Positions 1-9,347 of a stretch of 64,000 nucleotides of DNA are shown here, one piece after another. Below the pieces are notes generated by a model that was given only the letters and a program-made list of their open reading frames with translations, was not told the DNA's origin and did no database searches. Every line of letters starts with the position of its first letter. Position 1 is the first letter of the stretch. The stretch covers positions 1,024,001-1,088,000 of the forward strand of contig CBDFJF010000001.1 of NCBI GenBank assembly GCA_965248265.1. The letters are read 5' to 3'. A program made the position numbers and the translations under genes. Source of the stretch: Candidatus Latescibacterota bacterium (GTDB lineage: Bacteria > Latescibacterota > UBA2968 > UBA8231).

Positions 1-644
1 GACATGTTGACGTTGTTTTCCCGCAGCTGGCGGTCCAACGTCGCTCGTGTGAGCCCGTGAGACTGCAGCTGCTCGCGGTCGAGATCGATCGAGAGCTGCG
101 GCAGGTCCACGCTGCCCACCACTAGGTTTCCCACCCCGGGCAGACGGCGAATGTGGGGCACTATGACGTTGTAGATGACGTCGAGCAAACGGTCGTTGTC
201 GCCGCGCCATGCCAGACGGGCGTTTATGATCGGTTCCTGACCCGTCTGCCAGCGCTGCACACTTATGTAATCTGTCTCCGGGGGCATGGAGGCACGCGCC
301 AGATCCGCGCGCTCCCGCGTCTGCATGGTCGCCACATCCATGTCCGTGCCGGCCTTGAACTCGACTCTCACGCTGGCTTCGCTTCTGCTATTCGACGTCG
401 AAGTGATTCGCTCTATGTTGCTGAGCGTCCCGAGTGCCGTTTCGAGGGGAATGGTCACTTTCTGCTCGATCTCCTCAGCGGAGGCGTTTGGCAACTTTGT
501 CTTCACGTTGATGCCAGAAGACGACACGTTGGGATACAGCTGCAGCGGCAGCTGACGGAGGGACACCAGCCCCAGAACCACAACCGACATGGTGACCATC
601 GCTGTGGTCACCGGCCGGCGAAGCGAAAAGTCGGTCAGAGTCAT
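1..644 (-). CDS. RND efflux permease subunit 2 (AcrB/MdtB-C family), N-terminal part, runs off the window
   Basis: ATG at 644-642, 7 nt past the stop of the upstream permease. Translates MTLTDFSLRRPVTTAMVTMSVVVLGLVSLRQLPLQLYPNVSSSGI..., the typical RND N-terminus. Missing from the ORF track because it is open-ended. Confidence 0.9.
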   Translation of the reverse strand, partial: MTLTDFSLRRPVTTAMVTMSVVVLGLVSLRQLPLQLYPNVSSSGINVKTKLPNASAEEIEQKVTIPLETALGTLSNIERITSTSNSRSEASVRVEFKAGTDMDVATMQTRERADLARASMPPETDYISVQRWQTGQEPIINARLAWRGDNDRLLDVIYNVIVPHIRRLPGVGNLVVGSVDLPQLSIDLDREQLQSHGLTRATLDRQLRENNVNM

Positions 645-651
645 CGCGACA

Positions 652-3600
652 TTATCGGCCGCGGTCCACGCTGGCGTACACGACCGGGATGAGTAGCAGG
701 GTGAGGGCCGAAGAGAGGATCAGACCGCCGATGACGGTGATAGCCAGGGGAGCGCGGACCTCGGCTCCTTCACCCAGGCCCAGGGCCATGGGCAACAGCG
801 CGAGTACGGTCGTCGACGTCGTCATCATAATCGGCCGGAAGCGGACCTCGGCCCCGCGCGCGACGGCAGCCATCTTCTCCATGCCCTCGTCACGCCGCAA
901 GTGGTTGATATAGTCGACCAACACGATGGCGTTGTTGACGACTATGCCGGCGAGCATGACGAGACCGATGAGGACGACGACGCTGATCGTCGTGCCCGTC
1001 GCCAGCAGGGCGGCGGCGGTGCCCGTCAATCCCAGGGGGATCGTGAACATGATGATGAGCGGATGCAATAGGGACTCGAACTGCGATGCCATGACCAGGT
1101 AGACGAGAAACACCGCCAGCATGAGGGCGAGCTTCATGCTGTCGAAGGATTTCACCATCTCCTCGTTCTGGCCTCTCATGGTGATGGAAAACCCCTCTGG
1201 CAGAACAATGTCCCGGAGCGCGTGCTCGATCTCCGAGACGGCGCCGCCCAGGTCCCGGCCCTGCAGGTTCGCCGACACCAGGGCCACACGTTGCTGGCCT
1301 ACGCGGCGGATCTCGGACGGTCCCTCAACAGCTGCCACGTGGGCTACCGACGACAGCGCCACCGGCAGCGGGTAGGAGCTCGGGCTCACGACCATCCGCT
1401 TCAGGTCTTCGAGGGTCTCACGCTCTTCATCAAGGGCGCGAACGCGGATGTCGATCCTGCGATCCCGGCGGGTAAGCCTCGTGGCCACCTCACCCTGAAG
1501 CTTGTTGCGCAGCAGCTCGCCGATCTGCTGGGCGGTAGTGCCCAGCTCGGCGACGCGCTGGCGATCGAGGGAAATCTGAATCTCCGGCTGTCCAACTGTC
1601 GCGCTTGAGCGGATGTCCGTGATCCCGTCGATACGGGTGAGGCGCCCGGCGATGTCGCCGGCGAGAAGGCGCAGTGTCGGCAGACTGTACCCGGCCACTT
1701 CCACTTGCACGGGCGCCCGGTGAGAGAAGTACGATGGCCGCGAGAACTTGTGGGTCAGCTCCGGTTCATCCGCGAGGGCGGCGCGTACCTGCGCCATCAC
1801 AGCTTCTTCCTCGGTCCCCTGACGCAGGCGCACGATCAGTTGGGCCATGTGCTCCCTTTTCTCTCCCGTTATCCCGCCGACCTGAGCATTGGTGCCCACC
1901 AGGGAGAACACGGAGGCCACGGCTGAAAGCCTTGCAACCTTTTGATCGATGGTGGCAACCCATGCGGCCGTCTGTTCGAGCGGGGTTCCCGGTTTCCACT
2001 CCAGATCGACGACAAATTCTCCCTGGCTCATCTCCGGTATCAACTCCACTCCGAGGCTCCGGGCATGATGGAGCGTGACTACGGCGGCGACGATGGCGAC
2101 GCCGAACACGGCCAGTCGGTGTCGGAAGGACCAGCTCAGAACGCGCGGGTAAGCCCGTTGAAGTGCATTGAACACGAGGTCGAAGAGCCAGTAGGCCGGA
2201 AGCAACGGGACAGACAACAGTCGGCGGACCGCCGCCGTACGCGCTCGCATGCCTCGAATGGAGGCCGCCATCCCGGCCACGCCGGGGCTGGTTGCCTGAC
2301 CCGAAGTCGGTACGGTCGTCCCGGCGACGCTCATCGAGGAAAGCATCGGGATGAGCGTGAACGCGACGAGCAAGGATGCCAGCAGCGAGTACGTCACCGT
2401 GAGCGCCTGATCTCGAAAGAGCTGGCCGGCAACCCCTTCCACGAATACGATCGGCAGGAATACACAAATCGTCGTCATCGTCGCCGTGACGACGGCGCGG
2501 CTCACCTCGCTGGCGCCGCGCCGCGCCGCCTCCATGGCACTGGCGCCACGGTCGCGGCAGCGCTGCACACTCTCGAGGACGACAATCGAATTGTCGACGA
2601 GCATACCGATCCCCAGAGCCAACCCGCCCAGGGACATGATGTTCAAGCTGATGTCGAAGGCGAACATCACGAAGAACGTGGTGATCACCGAAAGAGGTAT
2701 CGACAACCCGATGATGAGGGTGCTTTTGAGGGAACGCAAAAAGAAGAAGAGGATCAGCACGGCCAGGAAGCCGCCGATGATGGCGGTTTCCAGTACCTGG
2801 TCCACCGCTTGCTGAATGAACGTGGCCTGATCGAAGACGATCTCCATGCCGCCACCATGCCGCAGTGGCGGGCTCTCTTCGAGGAAAGCATCCAGACGGT
2901 CCCGCAGGTCGCTGCTCACCGTTACGGTGTTGGAGTCGCCTTCCTTGAAGATCGCCACCTCTACCCCCTCGCGGCCGTTGATGCGCGTGACCAGGTCTCT
3001 GTCGCGGTGGCCCCGCGACACTCGCCCTACATCCGCGAGCTTGATCGGCGCGCGGTCGATCAGCCCGATGACGATCTGAGCGATATCGTCGAGGGTCTCG
3101 AACTCGTTCAATGTCCGCACGAGGAACTCTGACTCGCCGTCTTTGAGAACCCCGCCGGTGAGATTGACGTTTTCCTCGCCCAGGCGGCGAGTCACCTGAT
3201 CGACGGGAATCCCCAGGTAGTCAAGACGGGCAGTACTGACCTCTACCTGGATCTCTTCCTCCAACCCGCCTTCGATGCGGACCGCCGCGACGCCTGCGAG
3301 GCTCTCCAACCCCGGTCGCAACTGCTCCTGGGCAATGCGGCGCAGCTCCATTAGGTGAACATCGCCGTAGAGAACCACGCGCATGATGGGATCCAGGCTC
3401 GGATCGAAGCGCAGCAGGATGGACGGGCTGGAGTCGTGAGGGGGAAACCCACCCGTGGTTATTTCGAGCTTCTCGCGTATTTCGAGTGACGCGAAGTCCA
3501 TGTTCGTCCCCCAGGCGAACTGGACGATGACATCGGAAACGCCTGGCCGGGAAATTGAGGAGACGTTGACGACGTTGCTCGCCACGCTGGCTCGCTTCTC

Positions 3601-3801
3601 AATGGGCTCCGAAAGCAGGCGTTCGATTTCCTGCGTCGCGGCACCTTCGTACTCCGTGCGTACCGTGATGGTCGGATAGGTGATGTCGGGCAGCAGATTG
3701 ACCGCCAGGCGTGAAAACCCTTCAGAGCCGAAGGCCAGGATGGCGACCATGAGCATGGCCACCGTCACCCGGCGCGTGGTCGAAAACTGGACCAGTTTCA
3801 C
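652..3801 (-). CDS. RND efflux permease subunit (AcrB/AcrD/AcrF family)
   Basis: 1049 aa; GMLVDNSIVVLE, GIVVNNAIVLVD and RFRPIMMT motifs; 12-TM pattern. Confidence 0.96.
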   Translation of the reverse strand: MKLVQFSTTRRVTVAMLMVAILAFGSEGFSRLAVNLLPDITYPTITVRTEYEGAATQEIERLLSEPIEKRASVASNVVNVSSISRPGVSDVIVQFAWGTNMDFASLEIREKLEITTGGFPPHDSSPSILLRFDPSLDPIMRVVLYGDVHLMELRRIAQEQLRPGLESLAGVAAVRIEGGLEEEIQVEVSTARLDYLGIPVDQVTRRLGEENVNLTGGVLKDGESEFLVRTLNEFETLDDIAQIVIGLIDRAPIKLADVGRVSRGHRDRDLVTRINGREGVEVAIFKEGDSNTVTVSSDLRDRLDAFLEESPPLRHGGGMEIVFDQATFIQQAVDQVLETAIIGGFLAVLILFFFLRSLKSTLIIGLSIPLSVITTFFVMFAFDISLNIMSLGGLALGIGMLVDNSIVVLESVQRCRDRGASAMEAARRGASEVSRAVVTATMTTICVFLPIVFVEGVAGQLFRDQALTVTYSLLASLLVAFTLIPMLSSMSVAGTTVPTSGQATSPGVAGMAASIRGMRARTAAVRRLLSVPLLPAYWLFDLVFNALQRAYPRVLSWSFRHRLAVFGVAIVAAVVTLHHARSLGVELIPEMSQGEFVVDLEWKPGTPLEQTAAWVATIDQKVARLSAVASVFSLVGTNAQVGGITGEKREHMAQLIVRLRQGTEEEAVMAQVRAALADEPELTHKFSRPSYFSHRAPVQVEVAGYSLPTLRLLAGDIAGRLTRIDGITDIRSSATVGQPEIQISLDRQRVAELGTTAQQIGELLRNKLQGEVATRLTRRDRRIDIRVRALDEERETLEDLKRMVVSPSSYPLPVALSSVAHVAAVEGPSEIRRVGQQRVALVSANLQGRDLGGAVSEIEHALRDIVLPEGFSITMRGQNEEMVKSFDSMKLALMLAVFLVYLVMASQFESLLHPLIIMFTIPLGLTGTAAALLATGTTISVVVLIGLVMLAGIVVNNAIVLVDYINHLRRDEGMEKMAAVARGAEVRFRPIMMTTSTTVLALLPMALGLGEGAEVRAPLAITVIGGLILSSALTLLLIPVVYASVDRGR

Positions 3802-4934
3802 GGACTCGCCTCGCCCGCCTCTTCCTTCGGGGCTGACCCTACTATGCGGACGAGGGTGCCTTCTTTGAGTCCCTTGTGGCCGACGGTAACCAGCATGTCA
3901 CCCTCAGCTACTCCGGAGAGCACTTCGACGTGGTCGCCCTCTATCAGACCGAGCTCGACTGGAACCTTGCGCGCCTTGGAATCGACAATGGCGAAGACGT
4001 CGTCCTCTTCCGTCTCCAGAACGAGCGCCTTCTTGGGAATCACCAGCGTCGAAGGGCGCCGCCCGGTGACGAGCCGGACGGTAGCGAACATGCCGGGTCT
4101 GAGCTGATCGCTCCCCGGCACCTGCAGAGTCACCTTCACCGTGCCACTCTCCGGGATCACCTCGGGGCTGATCATGTGGATGCGGGAATCGAAGGTGCGG
4201 CCCGGTAGGGCCTGAACGCTGATGGTCGCCAACTGCCCGGGTTGGACATCGTACATGCGTCGTTCCGGGATGAAGACGCGCGCGAGGAGGAGGTCGAAAT
4301 CGGCGATGACGCAGATCTCCTGATTCCCGTTCACGAGATCGCCCCGTTCGACCAGCCGTCGCGTGATCACGCCCCCTATCGGGGCGCGGATGGTCGTGTG
4401 AGCGAAACCGATCTCGGCTTGTTCCAATCCTACCTTGCTGCTCTCGTAGCGCAGCCGGGTCGTCTCGAACCGCGCTCGGCTGACCATGTTTCTCTTGTGC
4501 AGGTCCTGGACGCGTTCGAAGCTCGACTTCGCGTCCTCATGTTCCGCCCGCGACTGCCGCAACTGCAGGCTGGCCTCCTCCTGCTCGAGCTCTACGAGGA
4601 CCTGGCCTGGCCTGACCTCGTCTCCCTCCTCCAAGTGCAACTGCTCGACCAGCGCGGTCGTGCGCGCGTGGACCGTGACCTGACGCTTTGCATCCAGTCT
4701 GGCGTAGGTCTCTAGGTGGATGAACAGATCTTCTCTGACCACCGGCTCCGCTCTCACGGGAATCGCCGTCGCGGCAGGAGCTTCTTCCGAGCTGCTCCCT
4801 TCAACCGCGCTTCCGCTCTCGCTCTCCTCCCGCTCTCCGCAAGCTGCCAGGAGAGCAAGGCAAACGCCAACGACACCCATGACAGTGACTGGCCGGCCGC
4901 TATGCTGATACGTCATCCGAATCTCCCGGGACAC
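3798..4934 (-). CDS. RND periplasmic adaptor (membrane fusion protein), lipoprotein
   Basis: LAAC lipobox, lipoyl-half motifs (EGDEVRPGQVL, IRAPIGGVI), LRPGMF; overlaps the permease start. Exact start codon uncertain. Confidence 0.93.
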   Translation of the reverse strand: MSREIRMTYQHSGRPVTVMGVVGVCLALLAACGEREESESGSAVEGSSSEEAPAATAIPVRAEPVVREDLFIHLETYARLDAKRQVTVHARTTALVEQLHLEEGDEVRPGQVLVELEQEEASLQLRQSRAEHEDAKSSFERVQDLHKRNMVSRARFETTRLRYESSKVGLEQAEIGFAHTTIRAPIGGVITRRLVERGDLVNGNQEICVIADFDLLLARVFIPERRMYDVQPGQLATISVQALPGRTFDSRIHMISPEVIPESGTVKVTLQVPGSDQLRPGMFATVRLVTGRRPSTLVIPKKALVLETEEDDVFAIVDSKARKVPVELGLIEGDHVEVLSGVAEGDMLVTVGHKGLKEGTLVRIVGSAPKEEAGEASP

Positions 4935-5721
4935 ATATAGGTCTGTGGTGCTTCAGCCTGGTTCCGACGCTGGCGGACATCCGAGCGAAATGATGGAGCT
5001 CCTATCGTTGCATACCTTCAGAGTCTTGGGCGTGGAGAATACGACAGATCGTAATGGTCTCCTGCCAATTGCCTGTGCTTCAGGCTCCACGGATGCGCCC
5101 AGGCTTAGAGCTACATTCTGTATTTGGAATCAGTCGCTCCGCCGGTCGCCTCACATCAGCGAAGCGTCAGAGTCCAAGATGGCACGATACGACAGTTTTT
5201 TGCACAATGTCAAGCTTGGCAAGGACCCGCTGGTCTGGCAGGCGTACATGTGGCGCGATGCCCTTGCCCGTGGCGTTCCCGCTCTGTCACAGGCTGCGGC
5301 GCGTCACGACATGGATGTTGCAACATTGGCCGAACTCGTGGATATGCAAGCGCCCACGAGAGCGACAGATTCGCCGCGGCAGCTCTCGAAGCCGACAAAC
5401 TTGCGATCGGGCATATCGAGTCGGCTCTGAAGGTGCTGCCGTAGGACAACTATACAATAGTCGTGCGAGCGCGGTGAATGATCGTAGGCAACACTCTTTT
5501 CTGGCGCCCAGCAGGCGCGAATCCGGGTCTCCGTGTTGTTTAGATGCAGCTTGTTACGTATACAACCAGTTGTTGCAGGACATGAATGAGAGTGTATTCC
5601 CAATTCATAGCTGGTGAAGTGTAGCTTTCTGGTGCGCGAATGAGTGCTCGCAACGCTGCCAATGGTGACCGTTACCATGAGATACCACTGGGCTGATACT
5701 CCCCCGGAAAAATGGACACCG

Positions 5722-6591
5722 TCAAGCAGCAAGTTTGGTTGAATGCTGCTCGAATGCTGCGGGTGTTGCGTAATCCAGGGTGGAATGACTCCTTTCTCGA
5801 TTGTAAAAAATCTCGATGTAGTCGAACAGGCTGCGATACGCGGCCCGGTAGTTGAGCCAGTGTTCGTGGTAGGTCAACTCGGTCTTGAGCAGATGGAAGA
5901 AGGACTCAGCCACGGCGTTATCCCAGCAGTCGCCCTTACGGCTCATACTCTGCACAAAGCCGTGTTTGCTGACCCAGTTAGTGAACGCGGTGCAGGCGTA
6001 TTGAACGCCGCGATCGGAATGGATGATCAGACCCCTCGGCGGACGACGTTGAGCTACAGCCCGCTGCAGCGCGACCAGCGCCACGCGGTGATCCAGTGCC
6101 GAGCTCAACGCCCAACCCACCACGCGCCTGGAGTACAGGTCGATGACGACGACCAAATACAACCAGCCGCGACCGACGCTGAGGTAGGTCAGGTCGCTGA
6201 CCCACACTTGATTGGGGCGCTGTGCGGTGAAATCGCGCTGCAAACGGTTCGGCGCCACCGCAAATCGATGTTGCGAGTTGGTCGTCACCTTGAAACGGCG
6301 TCGCACAATCGAACGCAGACCCAACACACGCATGCGCCGTGCAACGCGATTCTCGCCCACCTGCCAGCCTCCGTCTATCAGGGCGCGGGTGATCTTTGGG
6401 CTACCGGAGCGCCGCTTGCTGGCTTCAAACAACTTGTTGATCTCGACATCCAGTCGCCGAGTCTGCTCAGCTCGAGGACTGATCGGGCGCTGCTGCCAGG
6501 CGTAGAAACCGCTACGCGACACCCGCAGCACGCGACACAACATAGTGACCGGGTACATCGCCTTCTCCACCTCGATGAAGCGATACCTCAT
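5722..6591 (-). CDS. IS3-family transposase OrfB (rve/DDE integrase core)
   Basis: WVSDLTY, IHSDRGVQY, DNAVAESFF DDE motifs. Confidence 0.96.
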   Translation of the reverse strand: MRYRFIEVEKAMYPVTMLCRVLRVSRSGFYAWQQRPISPRAEQTRRLDVEINKLFEASKRRSGSPKITRALIDGGWQVGENRVARRMRVLGLRSIVRRRFKVTTNSQHRFAVAPNRLQRDFTAQRPNQVWVSDLTYLSVGRGWLYLVVVIDLYSRRVVGWALSSALDHRVALVALQRAVAQRRPPRGLIIHSDRGVQYACTAFTNWVSKHGFVQSMSRKGDCWDNAVAESFFHLLKTELTYHEHWLNYRAAYRSLFDYIEIFYNRERSHSTLDYATPAAFEQHSTKLAA

Positions 6592-6875
6592 CTGGACTCG
6601 TTGGCGAAGAAGGCCGCCGCCTTTTTTAGGATATCTCGTTCCTGGGACACCCGCGCCAGCTCACGCCGCAAACGGCGGACCTCCTCGTCGTGATCACCTA
6701 AATGGCCGGTACCTGGGAAGGCTTCATCTCCTTGGACCTTCAATTCTCTCTTCCAACGACTGATAATGCCTGCACTTAAACCCAATCGTTGCTCGACCCC
6801 TCGGGCCGATACCCCTTCTTCTGCGGCCAGGCGAATGGCCTCGAGCTTAAACTCACGATCATACTTGCGTGACAT
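6588..6875 (-). CDS. IS3-family transposase OrfA (HTH)
   Basis: MSRKYDREFKLEAI...ERDILKKAAAFF; AGGAGG RBS before the ATG at 6875; A6G slippery site near the 3' end; ATGA overlap with orfB. Confidence 0.93.
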   Translation of the reverse strand: MSRKYDREFKLEAIRLAAEEGVSARGVEQRLGLSAGIISRWKRELKVQGDEAFPGTGHLGDHDEEVRRLRRELARVSQERDILKKAAAFFANESR

Positions 6876-7092
6876 AAGAACACCTCCTGCCAGAAATTTA
6901 ACTTGGCGCTTCGAGGTGTCCACTCTCTTGGGGAAGTATCACCCGCAAACGACGCAACATGCGCACCTACATGACTGAACCTTGTTGGCAGCACATACAG
7001 TTCGTGCGACTCGGGTCGTCGACGGAAGTGGCGGCATTCTCGTGCGCCCATGGGCTCAAGAGGCTCGCTGACCGATAAACTGGGAAGGCTAC

Positions 7093-7791
7093 ATGCAACG
7101 CATTTTCCCTAAACTCTATCGCTTTATTGAAGAACCACATCACAAGGGAAGGAAATTCTTCTACTTGATAGTGCGTAAACAGGGAAACTTGCTGATCGGC
7201 CACCTCGGATCTTCAATACGCGATCACTTCGATGACATTGAGAAACTAGGAGGCGTGCATGCACAATTCATCACACACGTCCATGAAGCCGATCCCGTCC
7301 TGCATGACGAAATCCACGCCCTCTTCGGCGCTAAGCTCTGCTATCACAGAGCCGCGCGGAAGCTAGTGCGTGAGGTGTCGGAATGCCCCGAGATAGTCTT
7401 CGACAACGACGGTTTGCAGGTTGACGATGACTTTGAGGCTCTGTTCTTCCCGTTTCACACGCCCGGTCACAGCATCTTTCGCTGGCGGTATCGCGGAAAA
7501 CACTTCCTGTTTACTGGCCACGTCGTGAGCATGGTGAATGGCAGGTGGGAGTTGTGGTTCAATCCCACTAAGGCGCCGAAGTTACGCGGCGAATACGAAA
7601 GCCTGGCTGTGGCTGACTACGTGTTGCCGACACGATCGCCGTATGGGCAAGAAGAGTTCCACCGCTTCAATGAGTACACGAGGTCGGCGTTTTCCGAGGC
7701 GTTGAATTTAGCCTGGGAGGTCCCTCATCCGTACCACCGAATAGTGGCGAAGATCACCAAAGCACCTCGAGCCAAAAAGAAGAAAGTGTGA
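7093..7791 (+). CDS. Metallo-beta-lactamase-fold protein
   Basis: THVHEAD (variant HxHxDH), HTPGH and FLFTGH motifs. Confidence 0.75.
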   Translation: MQRIFPKLYRFIEEPHHKGRKFFYLIVRKQGNLLIGHLGSSIRDHFDDIEKLGGVHAQFITHVHEADPVLHDEIHALFGAKLCYHRAARKLVREVSECPEIVFDNDGLQVDDDFEALFFPFHTPGHSIFRWRYRGKHFLFTGHVVSMVNGRWELWFNPTKAPKLRGEYESLAVADYVLPTRSPYGQEEFHRFNEYTRSAFSEALNLAWEVPHPYHRIVAKITKAPRAKKKKV

Positions 7792-7915
7792 TACACCCGG
7801 CTCTCGTCTCGATACGCATGCGGCGCCTTCGGCTAACAACTGGTTTCGGCTATGGCGGCTACGCCGCCTTGACCTTCGGCAGCTACTTCGCAGCGGTAAC
7901 CGCCAGCCCGTTTCG

Positions 7916-8089
7916 ATGGACTCTGTCATGACATCTGATTTCGTTGATGCACGCACATTCATCGGAAAGACCGTCGAGGTCAAGATTGATCGCCCGCTCG
8001 GGTCAAGGCATCCAGAATCTGGGCTCGTGTATCCGGTCAATTATGGTTTTCTCCCCAACGTGAATATCAAGCCGGGAGGGGTTCGATGA
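7916..8089 (+). pseudogene. Truncated inorganic pyrophosphatase-like gene (57-aa N-terminal fragment)
   Basis: Manual translation MDSVMTSDFVDARTFIGKTVEVKIDRPLGSRHPESGLVYPVNYGFLPNV...*; DRPLGS.HP and YPVNYG are PPase N-terminal motifs; the catalytic D-rich half is absent. Confidence 0.7.
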
Positions 8090-8421
8090 AGGTTCTGAAC
8101 ACGTGGTTACTCTACTATGTACACGATATGAATCGGGCAAAGGACTTCTACATGAAATCCTTTCACGTCGAACCCTTGAAGGAGACAGATGGTTGGACGG
8201 AACTAGATTTCGGATCAATCGTATTGGCGTTACACACGCTGCCCGCGCACCGAGCGAGTACTATGCCTCACGCTGGGTTAATCGTTCAAGTAACTGACCT
8301 AGACGAGGTTCGAGGAGACATAGAGCGCTACGGAGGACACCTGGTCGAAAAACGGGATCCGAAGTATCTCTGCTTTGAAGATTCCGAGGGCAATGGCTTT
8401 GAACTTTGTTCGCCCGAGTAG
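8086..8421 (+). CDS. VOC/glyoxalase family protein
   Basis: YVHDMNRAKDFY...FEDSEGNGFEL pattern. Confidence 0.85.
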   Translation: MKVLNTWLLYYVHDMNRAKDFYMKSFHVEPLKETDGWTELDFGSIVLALHTLPAHRASTMPHAGLIVQVTDLDEVRGDIERYGGHLVEKRDPKYLCFEDSEGNGFELCSPE

Positions 8422-8539
8422 GATCGCGGCAGATGACCAATTGAGCCCAAAAGTGAATTTTTCACAGCAAGGCGCGCAGATTTCTTTTTATCTATGGGAA
8501 ACTTCGGTGAAACTTCGCGTTACCTGTTAGGAGCCTGCT

Positions 8540-9253
8540 GTGAAATACACACTCATCCTGCTCTTCGCCCTCGCCGTCGGTCTGCTGAACAATGGCTGCG
8601 GTGGCGCTTCCGACGCCAGGCCGACCCGCCCCTCATCGGTCGATACAAGCAACTATGATGGCGGCCAAGCCTCGGGAGGGAGCTCGACGTTCTCCATCAC
8701 CGACCGCACGGGCAAAACCTGGGACGTGACCCACGCTTTTGAGAAATACGGCTTTATCCCGCAATCCTTCCAATACGGCCTGGGTCCCTTTGCGATAACT
8801 CCCATCAACAACCCGCAGATGCTTTCTCCGGGGGACTCCGGTTATCCTCAGGACAGCGATTCCTTCACCATCTTGGGCACCACGCTCAATGGTTTTACGC
8901 GCGCTTATCCAATATGGGTCATGAGCCGGCACGAAGTGGCCAACGAACGCTTCGGGCAGGGCCACGTCGCGGTCGCCTACTGACCGCTGGTGAATCTGGC
9001 TGCCGTGTACAGCCGCGAAATCGACGGAAAAGTTCTGACCCTCAGCGCCAGTGGCTGGACCTACCGCTGGACCTTCGTGCTCTTCGACTACGAGACCGAA
9101 AGCCTGTGGTACCATCTGGAGGGCGAAGACGGCCTGACCAGCATTAGTGGTTTCTACGCGGACCGCAAACTGCCCGAACTGGAATCGACCTTCACCCGCT
9201 GGGATGCGTGGAAGAGGCAGAACCGGGATACCCAGTTGCTCAAGTATCCCTGA
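8540..9253 (+). CDS. DUF3179-family lipoprotein, probable selenoprotein (UGA at 8981-8983 read as Sec, 237 aa)
   Basis: ORFs 8540-8983 and 8990-9253 are in one frame, separated only by TGA-CCG-CTG. The joined sequence RAYP.WVMSRHEVANE...VAVAY-U-PLVNLAAVYSR...LSASGW...LFDYETESLW...WDAWK matches DUF3179, with TGA at the C of the CPLC-type motif. Confidence 0.85.
8984..9026 (+). promoter_or_regulatory. Candidate bacterial SECIS hairpin
   Basis: GGCTG (8998-9002) / CAGCC (9010-9014) stem with a 7-nt loop about 19 nt after the UGA; possible lower CCG/CGG pairing. Confidence 0.55.
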
Positions 9254-9347
9254 TCCTGCGGGCTGATTCCCGGCGTTCGTCGCCGTCGATGTCCCGCTCC
9301 GCCGCAAAGGCTCCAGCAGGTCGGCCCTATCTGCGTTCTATTGGATG

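Larger units (their letters stand above)
5694..6941 (-). mobile_element. IS3-family insertion sequence, copy 1 (1248 bp)
   Basis: Terminal inverted repeats TGATACTCCCCCGGAAAAATGGACACC / GGTGTCCACTCTCTTGGGGAAGTATCA (TG...CA); orfA+orfB; same as 45893-47140. Confidence 0.97.

Noticed and set aside
4945-5690. ORFs between the RND operon and IS copy 1
   Set aside because: Several overlapping frames, none with recognisable motifs; possibly a fragment.
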